This document shows, piece after piece, positions 32,090 through 44,717 of a stretch of DNA of 64,000 nucleotides. Numbering within the stretch: position 1 is the stretch's first letter; each line of letters begins with the position of its first letter. A program made the position numbers and the translations under genes. The DNA is from Nymphaea colorata (taxonomy: Eukaryota). Below the pieces are notes generated by a model. That model had not been told where the DNA came from. It did no database searches and saw nothing but the letters and a program-made list of their open reading frames with translations. Location of the stretch: positions 25,048,001-25,112,000 of the forward strand of contig NC_045138.2 in NCBI RefSeq assembly GCF_008831285.2. The letters run 5' to 3'.

Positions 32090-35000
32090 ACTTCCACTGC
32101 GAAAACACTTGGTTACAAAAACAAGACTTCAGGGGAAAAAGAGAAAAGGAAAAGAAGAACTGCAAATGCTGTAAAAAAGTATACATATGCAGTCCAATGA
32201 CCAGAACAAAAGAAAAGCCAGGTCATCACATGCAGGGTCGAGAGATATTCTGTGACAAGTAGACCTCAAATGAGAAATTATACCATGACATCAACACAAA
32301 GTGACAATCTGTAACAATGGTAAAAGTTGGACGGTCATATACGTTTTGTCTTCAGCATGATAACAGAATCTCTAGAAGAAAGCATATCTTCGGTGACAGC
32401 AATAATTTCTAGATGGGTTTACATTTTACAGTTCGCAACCAAGTTATATTAAGTTCCATTTTGCATGCCAGTTGTATCAGGTGTTTTAGCCAGCTGTTGC
32501 CTTCAATTTTTAGTCTTATCAGCCTTGTCCATCAGAAAGGGAGAATGCAAATGCCTGCAAGTTCCATCCTCAGTGTTCAAAATGCACAACTGAGCTGTAA
32601 AATAGTTACATCAATATCTAGAATATATTAATGGTGCCATGCATTGCATTTCTGTTCTCTAAGCCTAACGAGACAGAAAATAGAAACACTTGACATGGAT
32701 CAGGAGCAAAAAGTTACGGCAATATCATCTGTCAAAAAAATTGAAGCTTAAGTTGTTTAACTTGAGGTCAGCATCTCAGAAGAATCTAGGACATATGAAT
32801 AGATCAGTCACGTTGATATTAAAGAAACCAATAGCAACTCTTATTACAAACTGTAGCCACAGTTGTTTTAAATTGAACTTGCATACCAACAAACAAACAT
32901 GCATCACAACAGAAAAGGAAATTCATGCTTGCACATTGAGTGATCCATCACGGGCTTAATTTGATACGTTAGGTTCATATAAGCACTATTAATATTAAGT
33001 GCAGGAAGAATCTATCTATCAGCCACTTAACTTCTACAAAACAATGTTGAGTATTTCAATGAAAGCCATCTGCTGGCATATGGACCTTAATCCAAGAGAG
33101 ATCGTTAGAACACAATAAACAGAGTAGTTCCAAGGCATCCGTGAGATGACAATCCTAGAGGGTTTACCTCTTAAGCTTGCACTAAACAAAATTACTTAGT
33201 AATCCAAAAATGATTTCAAAATTATCTTAACAATTTGCCAAGGTCTTTGGATCAACAAAACCTTGATCTGAAACAACAAAGGTGGTAACAGGAAACTATT
33301 AAGAAAACCTTAATGTAAAGAGGAGTAAGACCGTAAGACTTGTGGACATCTGGCGACCAAAGTATACAACCACTATAGTGCTTGCCACTTGGGAACTGTT
33401 CTGGAAACACTGGTTCTTGGTGGACTACTAGAAAAAGGAAATGTGTGGATGCGAGGACATTTCGTCACAAAAGTATATCACTAGAATAGCACGTTTATGA
33501 ACTCAACTTCTTGGTCGAGTTTTGGAAAAAGAAGAAAGCCACTGTATGATCCTTTAACTTTCTGGCAGAATTGCTTTTGCATAAAATTGGAGTAAAAACA
33601 CCATTCCTATGCACAAATATCCAGCACGGTCTAACTTCTTAATAGTCAAGGACATTCAATGAATGTTTCTTTTGCATAGAATACACATTAGGGAAAAGTC
33701 AATGGATTAATCTCATTGGAATATGCAAGTACAGTTTGATGTCAGCAACCTCCACAAGAGTGCTGCTACATGAGAAACAAACCAAGAACCTGTAGGCCAA
33801 GCTCTAAAGGTTCCTCAAACCTCTTATCTATCAGATGAAAGGAACCACCATTTGACTCCTCTGTTTATGTTCTTAACATGATTGTTCCACAGCAAAGAAA
33901 TAATAGAATCTAATTCAAGAACCAAACAAAAATATGATAAACTTCTAAACAGATAAAATTGTAGACAAAAGAGATTCACACTTGCTACCAAGACCGGGTG
34001 GCTTTGAGTGGGCTGGGTTACATACGAGCTTTGAGAATTGATGATACGCTAATACAATTCGATTGTTTTTTTGTTGACGCCATTGTTTTGGCGCTACTCT
34101 AAAGCCAGTAGCTTTTAAATCAACATAAAATACTTCTAACAAAACCCATATTCCCACCTCTTTCACATAGATTTGAAAGAATCATGGAATCATCCATCAT
34201 TTGTGCGCTCCACTTAGAGAACCTTTTCCTATGCTTTTCACATTAAGAATACTACGGTTCTTCAATCAAGACAACCTTCCCTATCAAGAAAAGAATTTCT
34301 ATACCATCCAGAAAGATAAACAAGAGAACATATTCTTAGCAGCATTCGGGCTTTTACTCTGATAACTGTACGATACCTTATCTTAGCAACTTGAGATAAC
34401 AAGATTGACAGCCTTTTCAACAACCAAAAGAGGGGCAGTAAAAGTACCAGAGGAATCAATTGAATGTATGGTCAATGATCTCTGAACTCACTACAGTAGC
34501 ACCCCTCAGCCAGGTAACCCCTTGGTGTCAAATGAATCTATCCCATGGAACCAACAGCGGTGATTGAGAACCAAAAGTAAATAACCACAGTAATCAAGCA
34601 AAGGGACACAACCCGTAAAAGAGAAAGACAAGACGACTCATACATGGTTGCCTATACTTCTTGACATATACAGAGAACGAGGAAAGACAACTCACAGAGT
34701 TGTAAGGCTCAAAAATCATATTCATTTTTCTCCTTTAGATCTCTGCTGAAATAACATGCAAACTCTCGGATGCCCAAAAGTAGATGGAAACATACACACA
34801 CATACGGAAGAATATAAACTAGAAACAGCATCAGTTTTACATCTAGTCCCCACAATCCCGGAAATATGGGATTAATCATAGCATCATCCCCAATAACAAG
34901 TTTAGAGTAAAACTAAGCTTCCAGAACCTTTCACGGTATCCATTTATATGGACATGAAAGCAACAGCCCCAAACACGGTACGGATAGCCATCGAACAATA

Positions 35001-35482
35001 AACCTTCTATATCCGTCATATCAGCAACTACGCATAACAGCGTCACACAAACAAGGAGTGACCCAACCCTATCAGCCTCACTCTCTAGTCTTTATGCATA
35101 ACACAGTCACCAAGAAAGTAAAGAAGACCGTCTCCACAACAACCGAGAAGAAAAGATGAATACCCACTCCTAAATACATGCAGACCAACGCTACCAACAC
35201 GAAGAAAAGCAAAGAATTGAGCACATAGATTACCAGGAGGAAAAACAAGCAAAACCTACTTGATTCTAGCAAAGAGGAGCAAAAGGAACTGCCCAAGCTG
35301 CTCACCTGTGACTGTAAGAGAGAGAAAGAGAAGGGGAAGGAGGCTCTGATGCTCTTTGCTGTGGCTATGCTCGAGCACAAGCTCTTTTCCTTGTGATCAG
35401 AGGGCAGCTTCGAAGATTCTCTGGAAAAGCAGCATGGCGTGAACCAAGAGGATTGTACCTGTTTCTTGACGTTGGCGTCTTC

Positions 35483-35540
35483 TTTATATTAATGGTACCG
35501 GAAGGGCAGCAGGGTCAGGGTCAGGGTCAGGTCGGGGTCA
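35483..35540 (-). promoter_or_regulatory. Putative core promoter: TATA box plus tandem CTGACC motifs
   Basis: TATAAA (minus, 35488-35483) preceded by four TGACC and one CGACC within 35513-35540. Confidence 0.5.
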
Positions 35541-38500
35541 GCTTTAGTGGGTGTATCCCACATGTGGTTGGCTGGCTGGCTTCCCCTTTGCTCGCTCATA
35601 ATTTAGAAGTTTCTCTCAAGAAGACCTTTTTCTTTTCCCACGCAATCTGTAAATGCTAGTGCCTTGCAGGCAGCAGGCACAGTTGCAGGGGAATCCAATA
35701 CAATGAGATCTGCCCCTCACCTCCTCCACCCAAAGACAAGGCACAAGCATTGAGATCCGACTCATTTTGCTCCTTGGGTTCCACTCGGGTTACAACTCTG
35801 GTTTGGTAACCGTTGCCAGATGTGCATGAACAAAGAAAAGCAGCGCATCTTCGAGTTGTTTTTCACCGTCCTTATCCCCACGAATGAATGACGGTGGCCG
35901 TTTGAAGATGGATAAACAGCTGCCCATCTTTGAACTGGGAAAGTTTGATTATTCGTTTCAAAATTTTACAAATAATAAAGGAGGTTCAAAAGATATGCCA
36001 AAAACGGGCAAAATAAGGTCAATAATGATTCATAAGTGTTTAGTCCGTTGGACAGAGAATAGTGTTTGATCATTAATTAATAATAACAAACGTGTAAAGT
36101 AGTTAAAAAGAAATAAATAATCGCAGTGGACCTACAAACCGAGTGGAGTTGCTCTGTCCTCGATCGTCCCCCTTCACTTTTTTCTAGCAATCTCTCAAAT
36201 TTTGGGCCTGAACATGACTGGATCTTGGCGGAGTACCTGACTTAAACTCTACCTTTAAGCGAAGCTGCTAAAATCTTAGATAGGAGAAGAAAAAGACTGA
36301 CCGCATTAAAGCGGCTGCAGCTACTTCGAGTACATGGAGTTATTATGAAAACAAGTTGGCAGAATACTTCGAGAATGCCCAAATGGAATTATAGTTCAAT
36401 CTTGGTTTCTTTTATTAAGAAAAACGTTCATTTGATTGAGTACATAACAAAGAATTCTGGGCTCTTTCAGATTCTCAGTTAACAATCTTGGCTAAGTTCT
36501 TGTTGAATCGCGTATATTTTAGAGAAAGTTGATACATGAGAAGCCAGATCTGCCGACCAAGTGGAAATATATTAACAAAAACGGGCGACAAGCTGTCACC
36601 CAGCACAAAAAGCGTCAAAAAAGGAAAAAAAAAATGCACGCAAAAGTCATTAGATTGCGATAAATATACACAGACCAGATAGTGCTCATCAAGTTGAGAC
36701 ATGCTCTTATATTCAAAACTTTATGGAATTCAGAAATTTGGAGATGAGTGCCTCTCCTTGTGCAAATAATATTATGATTATCATATGACCATATCAATGC
36801 ATTATGCACATGCTATGTGACTACATGAATCAATAAAACGAAGTTTCCTAGAAGTTGGCAGTGGTTCTTGTTATTTCACAGAAAGTTGAGAATTTTTCTG
36901 CAAAATGTTCATCCTTGACTCTTAGCTACTTGGAGTTCACGACACGAATCTATTCTCACAGCTTGGGGTTCCCCAAAAAAGATAAATATTTTGAATGGCC
37001 GAGCAAATCCTTCATACTAACGGTTATGTCAGATTTGGCAATCTAACGACCACGAAATTTATCGTAAGAGGACATCTTTTCTTTTTGATGATTTATTTAC
37101 CATTTTTGTTTTATATTTTAGTGTGAAATGAACAATATTTGAGTATATGAATTTAGAATTATTAAAAGAATAACAAAATAAAAAATTGTCATATCCATGT
37201 TCAATACGGCGGAACCAAATCTGGCACATGGTTCTGCATCTTTATATCTTGCCTTCGCCTTTCGGTGAATTGGATCCGTTTGGTGGCAGGATCCGATACG
37301 CTCGCTAGAATCTCAGTTAAGAAAGGCTTTCCGTCCAACTCTTACTCGCATCGATATCATAGATTCATCCAAACCTAGATTTCAAATAAAAAATTGAGCA
37401 CCGGTTTGTCAACTTTCAGAAGTTAAATAGTTTTTTGTCATTTGCATAAATGGTAACTTCTTCTTATAATTTTTTCATTGTATTTCAATGGCTTTTCTTA
37501 TAGTTAAAATTAAACCAATATATTGCACCAACACACATATGGCTGACAAACAAATAATGCAGATTTTTGAAATTAGCAAGCAGCACTCCATTTAATCTCA
37601 AAATTTCGGCCTTTCTTTTTTGCGGCCTTTGAACTTAGTGACATCTTGTCACACAATTTTGTTAACAACGAATTCAGAGCTTTAGACTACCAAACTTTAA
37701 ATTTTTTATACATGTAAAAGTTACTTATATATTGATTCTTGAGTTTTTGGGCATGTAGTAAAACCACCCAATAGTTAGTTACCTTAATTTTTGAGAAAAA
37801 AAATCTGAGAGCGGAAATCACAAATTTGCAACATTCGCATTATATATATATGTGTGTGTAGAACTTTCTGACCAGGTTTGGTTGCTCTTGATATAAAATC
37901 TCAGAGATCCATGGATTAATTAAGATTAGACAATCCTTCTCTAATCTTAAATCAAACATTTTCTCAATGCAAAATGAAACTAAGGGATCTCAAGTGCAAA
38001 TTTTAGAGCTGACTAAAGTTCTCAAGAAGCCCATGATCTTTTGTCAAATTGTGAATCAAGCACACTTGATCCACCATCTCGGTTTGCGATCTAATTTTAC
38101 CTCAATTATCTGAATGCTATTGACTATACATATCGTTAGTGTAATGCCTGGAGACATATTAATGGCCTTGCTTCTGCTTCACGTACTGCTTCGAGTGGAA
38201 TGACGTTGGCATATATTACAATCTCATATTCTGTAATTTGAGCTCACGTCTCCTTATTTATCAATATAATTTTGGTGTACCTAGAAAATAAAGCATATTA
38301 AAATAATAAAATATCCGTTATATCCCTTGACTGAGCCAACATAAGCAAAGTGGAATGTTGATTAAGAGCTTTAATTACAAAGAAGTTGAAAGAGTTTGGT
38401 AAGAGTCACGCTTGCTTCTAGTTTGTAATAATAAGCCACCTACAAAACATAAAAAATCTGACAGAAAAGACTTTGAACGGGTCATATTCTTCAAATATAT

Positions 38501-38878
38501 ATATATATATATATATATTGGTTTAAGAATTTTTTTTTCTTTTCCAAGATTTTTTCGATTCGGAGCCACGAGGTTGAGATGAGTGGAGAATATTCAGTCA
38601 CATGTCATCGAAATAAAACAAAATTATTTATAAGCAGACACTCAACTTTTGGTAGTTCAGAAGAAAGATACATGAGCTTAATAAGTTGAACCCGACATAA
38701 AACTAAAACATGAGAGTAAAAGCCTATAGAACAAAGGTTGCTGAGCGATCATCTTTCAAGGTTATGCTCTGCCACCCCGATCTTGTTATTTTTCAAACGG
38801 GACGAATCATAAAAACTTCTACAAGCTTCAGTAACAAGAGCCAACAGAAACATAAACGTGAAAACCGATCGTACATCT

Positions 38879-41314
38879 TCAGTCTATGGAGTAAGCAATC
38901 CTTTCGAAGTTGGCAGCATGCTCAGGAAGGAGAGTCACGGTGATGTCGACGCCAGTTCTCCATCTGTCACGGGGGCCGGCGCCTTTCTCCGGCGACGGCG
39001 AGGCTGCGATTATGACTAGACCTTCCATGGGTATCCAGGAAGGCACGAACGCGCGGGGTGCACCTCCACCCATGTCCACTTGGTGAAACTGGAAGCCCAG
39101 CCAGCTATCCACCTCCAAGTCAGGCGACAGAGTGTTGCCTTCTGTACCCACTGAAGGGTAGAGTGCCTTGTCTTTGTTCAGTTCCCCAAAGTCGACGAAA
39201 GACTGGAAATACTCGCTCCCAATCATCCCCACAGCTCCCTTGATTAACTTTGCACCATAGCCTACATCTCCCTGCAACAAGAAAACCAAAAATTTGATGC
39301 ACTGAGTTGCTTGCTCATCTGCAGGGTTAGAGAAAAGTTTTTTAGTTGGAATGTATACATGTTTCCCCCGCCTACATATGCAAAAAGAAGAAGTTAATGC
39401 CTTGCAGCATTTAAGTGATAGAGAAAATATATAGCGAAAGAAAGAAAGGTAGCAGCTTAACGTAGAAATATCTTCGCCAATCTGTAAATCTCATGATATT
39501 GATGTTTTTCATCATATAGCAGATTGAAACCAGTTTCATGAACCGATACGCCTCTTCCGACCTCAGCCTGCGTTTGGTATAATTTGGACTAGGACATGAC
39601 CCTCGACGACACTTTGGCGTTTGAATTATTCAATTTTTTATCTTTTTGCATGAGTGAGTAATAGTGCATTTCTTATAACCTCTAGGGCCATAGGTTTAAA
39701 GGCCTATAGTCTACAATCCAATTCTAATAGGTGTTATGCTTGTGTTTAAGGTGGTGAGAAGCCACATCTAAGTTAAAAGGTTTACTGTTAGTTGTTGCTA
39801 CAACTAAATTCTAAAAACACTATTACGATTAACAAAGAACTCTATAGCACTAGGTTTTTACAAGTAGGGTTCAATAGGTCTACAATCCAATTCTAATGGG
39901 TGTTATGTGAGGTGGTGGAACGCAACATCTAAGTTAAAGCCGATACTACAACTTAGGATTTCAAGAGGACTTAAAGGGTTCAATAGGTGTACACCTACCT
40001 TCTTGATCCTTTGCTCATGGCTTTTTTTTTTGAATATATAAACGAAAAATAATATGCCTACAACTAGCTTCTTGATCCTTGGCTATTGGCTTTTTTTTAA
40101 TACATACTCGAAAAAAAGACAATATGAACAAGCCGAATCGTGTGGACGACTATGCATTCACACGCCAGGCAACACCAAGAACGTATATATAATATTATGT
40201 AAAATATGTGATGTTCTTTCCTCTTGAGTGAAGCATCCGGAAGCATGTGCACTTTCTTTCACGGAAGAAACCTGACAACCTCGCCAACCTTTGCTTCGTA
40301 AGACAAAAACGAAAAAAAGAAGAAGAAGCCATGACCGATTTTGGACTCGAAAGTTCGGAGTGGCCAACACGCTTTACTTATCCATATGCAGAACGAGTAT
40401 CTAACCACCCTTACCTGAACCAGATCCTCCACCTTGGCGGCCGGAAATGCAGTTAGCACTAAATTTCCGAAATACTCGCCGGGAAGCCCCAGCCTCGGCC
40501 GCCCGTTCACAGAGACGCGGGCACGGGTGATGACTTGGTCGTCCAGGCCACGGGCAACGGTTACTTTCTTCCACAGGTGGGACAGCAGGCATTCGAAGGT
40601 GGTGTGCTTCGTCTCCGCCCTCTCCTTGAGCTTCATAACGAAGTCGTACGAGTAATGGACCTGTACATTTTCTATGGCGCCCTCGTAGATCTCAGGCGGT
40701 TGATCATCACTCGGCGGCGACATGGAGAACTCCATATTTTGGTGTGGGTACTCCGGCATGGGTGGGTCCCTGGGCCTGAGCACCGACCGACCATGTGTAG
40801 GAATGGGGCTGACCTCCTTTTCCATGATCAATTGAGACCAGGTGACATAGAAGTTGCTCATTGACTGGCCATCAGCGACCGCATGGTTAGCGCTAAGTCC
40901 GAGCACCAGGCCGCCGCAAGCGAACCTAGTAAGCTGGACCATGAGCAGTGGGTTAGTCTCTTGGGTGTAAGGATGGAGGATGGAGAGCTCCGGGGTAGGC
41001 TTGAACGGAAGGAAGTCTTCGAGATTCCCCTCCACCGACATCTCGGAGACCGGCGCTCCGGCTTCGTCATCGAGGACGACGACCGGGGGCTGGCCGGACA
41101 ACTTCCCAGCTAGCACTGGGTAATAGGTGAGAGCCTTTGCAAGAGCAAGCTTGATCTTGGTGTTGCTGGCTGTGGGGGCGTCGTAGACCAGGATCGACGC
41201 TATGTGCATATCTGCGGACGCTCTGTCGAAGATGGTTAGGGGTATTTTTCCATGAAGCCTCGTTTCTGGCTTGACCCATGTGGTGTTCAGATGCTTCACT
41301 TCCATGGCTACCAT
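38879..41314 (-). CDS. BAHD acyltransferase copy 1 (amine hydroxycinnamoyl/benzoyl transferase-like), ~430 aa. Exons 41314-40415 and 39271-38879
   Basis: PLTIFDRA, YPVLAG, QLTRFACGG, HAVADG (HXXXD), EYFGNLVL, LSPDLEVDSWLGF and DMGGG (DFGWG-type motif). Phase-0 intron CAG|GTAAGG...TTGCAG|GGA. TATATATA ~50 nt upstream of ATG 41314; alternative ATG at 41305. Confidence 0.93.
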
Positions 41315-41391
41315 TGCTCCACCCGTTATAGCCCTCTTTGCTTTGGTTTCCTTTCTCAATGGTCATATATATAGTGCTCGGATAATGGAAG

Positions 41392-41394
<3 letters not shown>

Positions 41395-41438
<44 letters not shown>

Positions 41439-41676
41439 TTCACAGGGTAGGTGAGTGGAACGTACTGCAGAGTTTCAGCCTAGAAAGAAATAAAATCGAG
41501 AGCAGAAGATTGGAGCACATGAAACGCTTGCTTCAAGATAATTGAAAGAGAGAGAGAGAGAGAGAGAGATCTTTCACAGGGTAGGTAAGCGGGACGTACT
41601 GCAGAGTTTTAGCTTAGAAAGATATAAAATCGAGAACAGAAGATTGGAGCACATGAAAAGCTTGCTTCAAGATAAT
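41395..41676. repeat. (GA)n tracts plus a 134-bp-period tandem duplication in the BAHD copy 1 promoter
   Basis: (GA)~20, then CTTTCACAGGGTAGGT...GCTTGCTTCAAGATAAT; repeated after a second (GA)~11 tract. Confidence 0.9.
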
Positions 41677-43202
41677 CAACAATTTACATATACAGAAGAG
41701 TTGTGGACTCAGAAATCTGGTAATTCCTTGCACTTTCTTCCACTTACAATGTGGACTTCTCTTGCCTTTTCATTGCATCTTGAGTTAGCATGCCTTTCTA
41801 AAATATTACCACCAGTGATGTTTGACATAGCATGAATAATCTGTTGGGGAGTTCGATCTACATTATCTAATTTGGTTGTTGGGGAGTTCGATCTATATTA
41901 TCCTTACAGATCGTGTGCGACATGTTATCACTAATCTCATTTCTTCAATTGACAACTCAATTCTTCTGTTACTAATATAACTGATTGCCATGTTGTGTTC
42001 ATGAGGGCATTCTGCGGCTATATTTTTAAAATAACTTCATGTTCTACGCATTTTACTTTTTAGCAGAGCACTTAATAGTCATCATGTTCTCACCTTTGTA
42101 TGTTCTTTGTCTCTTAAATACAGGTTGAACTTTCGTCACGTAATTTTATCGAAATAATTTTATGGGTCGCCATCGCGCTGACTCTTCCTTTCTTTATTAA
42201 GTGTACTTTGTTCATTTGGTTGAAAAAGAAGAAAACTTGGCTGATAATTTGATTTCAGGTGTAGGTAATGGCTGGACTCATCAACAGCCAGCAGGCATCT
42301 ATGTGTTTGTGGAAAAAAGAAAAAAAAAAAAAACTTGGTTGGTGATTTAACTTCAGGTATTGGTAATGGGTCGACTCATCAACAGCCAAACAATGCAGGC
42401 ATCTTTTTGATAATTTGTTTGTCATAAGATTGGATCAAACTCGAAGAAAAGATCAGTTTATGGAGCGCAAGGAAACCGGCACCTACCTCCTAAATTTTTT
42501 ATAAAATCAAAGTATATATATTTTTTCAAAATTTTTATACGAACAAAGTGATTGGTAATTAAGAGAATTAAATAAGAGATTAGTATTTTACCAACTACCT
42601 ACATACTCAACCAGTTACACCAAACCCCTTGAAGCAATAGAAAATTAGAGGATTATGTTAACAAAGGGAAAACAAAATAGCTTCAACCGCCGAATAGGTA
42701 GCGAATTGATTTAATTCAATGATGGATTCAACAGCGTCACATGTTCTTAAAAGATTTCGATGCGTTTCATTTTATTATGTTTTTATTTTCATATTTATTC
42801 TTCTGAAGTAAATATTTCGATACTTTTAGGGATTCAGTACAACCAGTGAAATATTCCTAAATCTGCCCATTCCTGAAATTGACGACTTGTTGGAGCAGCG
42901 GAGGTGCTTACATGTTCAGGCGATGTCAACCGATTAAGATATACGTTTCACCATATTCATTTTTTTGGACATTCAAATATTCAGACGAACAAAAAAAATT
43001 ATATCCTAGTTCGAATTAGAAATCTGATTTTACAATTTGAATCTGATCCGAATCCGATTACAATTTGAATCCAAATTTTGGACCAAACCTGGCTGATTTT
43101 TTAAAATATTAAGGGCATCATATATAAATATTAGTTTAAAATTAAATCATGTCCGAATCTGAATCAGATCGGATATCTTTTTTTAAACTCAAATCCGTTC
43201 TG

Positions 43203-43350
<148 letters not shown>

Positions 43351-44146
43351 TAGTGCAATTTTATATAAAAACACCCTTACTTTTGCAAATAATTGCTAGA
43401 CAGGCACTAAGCTTAATAGGTTTGGTGCCTGTGGGGCATTGGCGTGAGGCTGGTGTGGGCAACACATCTGGCTGGCCCCACATCCAGCTCCCTCATAATA
43501 TAGTTTTTCAAGATCTGGTGTGGGCAGTAGCCCACACATAACTCCGCGACTGTCACGCTCTGCGGTGTTGTTAAAACTTAAAACTTAAAAGCCATCAACC
43601 TAATTTGGTATAAGAGAGTAGTTAAATAAATGTATCCTTATGTATGGAAAACCATTCTCTAAAAGATGGAAGTTTGCTATAAAAATCTCCAAGTGAAATT
43701 CAAAATCGGAGTTGTATGGACATGATCATCTTGTTAAAAGGTGAGTTCACTAAAAAATTTTCAGTGATATGGACATGATTTCCATGTTCAATACAATACA
43801 AAATCATGAACTTTTAGTTCTATGCGTTGGATTTTATAGCCAAGAAAAATGATATTTCATTTTTAAATTATTTTAAACTATACAGAAAGCCGTCGTTCTT
43901 TTGCAGGTTGGTTTTAAGCTTTTGAACACAAAGATCACATCTATACAGCTTGATAAGATGTAATGTCAAAACTTGATTTTGAATTAAGAGTGTCCACCCA
44001 TGAGTACGGAAACAATTTCCTTTGAGAAAGATAGTTTGATCGTCTTTCTTGCATATATTGAATCACAAAGATCGTTAGCCGTAATCACTTGTTACACTTT
44101 TTAGTAAAAAGTAACTTATCAAATGATTTGAAGGGGTTGATGCAAG

Positions 44147-44717
44147 TAGGGCTGCACAACTAGCCGAGCGAACTCAAGCTCTACTCAAACTCGTTCAAAA
44201 CAAAAATGGATTGTGCTCGACTCATTTATAAGCGAGCCCAGTTCAAGCTGACAAAGATACTCGAAATGATAAACGAGTTGAGTTTGAGTTTCAGAAACTC
44301 GACTCGACTAACAAACTGGTACTCTATATAATACTGTCAAAACTGGTTCACTGCTTTTAATTTTTGGGGTAAAAGCAATTTTTCACAAATTACACGGGTT
44401 AAAGCTTACACGAGTTAAACAAGCGAGTTAATGCTTATATGAGTTAAACGAGTTACTGCTTACATGAGTTAATGCCAACAAGTTAACGCCTAAATTAGTT
44501 AAATGAGTCGAGTTTGAGCTCGATTTTGTATAGTCGAGTCGAGATCGATCTTTTTATAAGGAGCTCAACTTGAGTTCAAGCCGAGCTCTAGTTTTTTGAC
44601 CCGAGTTGGTACAAAAGTCTGATTGGCCGCTTACTATCCTCCATCTCATCCGTTGCACCTAGGACTGCACACGAGCCGAGTCCAACTCGAGGTTGGCTCG
44701 GCTCATGTGCAGCCCTA
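44147..44717. mobile_element. Non-autonomous hAT-type element (TIR TAGGGCTGCACA)
   Basis: TAGGGCTGCACA at 44147 and TGTGCAGCCCTA ending 44717. Many subterminal CGAGTT/AACTCG motifs. Degraded TSD (GATGCAAG / TGTGCAAC). Confidence 0.85.

Noticed and set aside
35078..35380. 100-aa hydrophobic ORF
   Set aside because: Non-ATG start; read-through of a CT-rich leader and T-rich intron start of the small-protein gene.
41315..41359. N-terminal extension MRKETKAKRAITGGA (likewise 46860-46949 for copy 2)
   Set aside because: The track used a TTG start; these stretches are 5'UTR or promoter in a eukaryotic gene.
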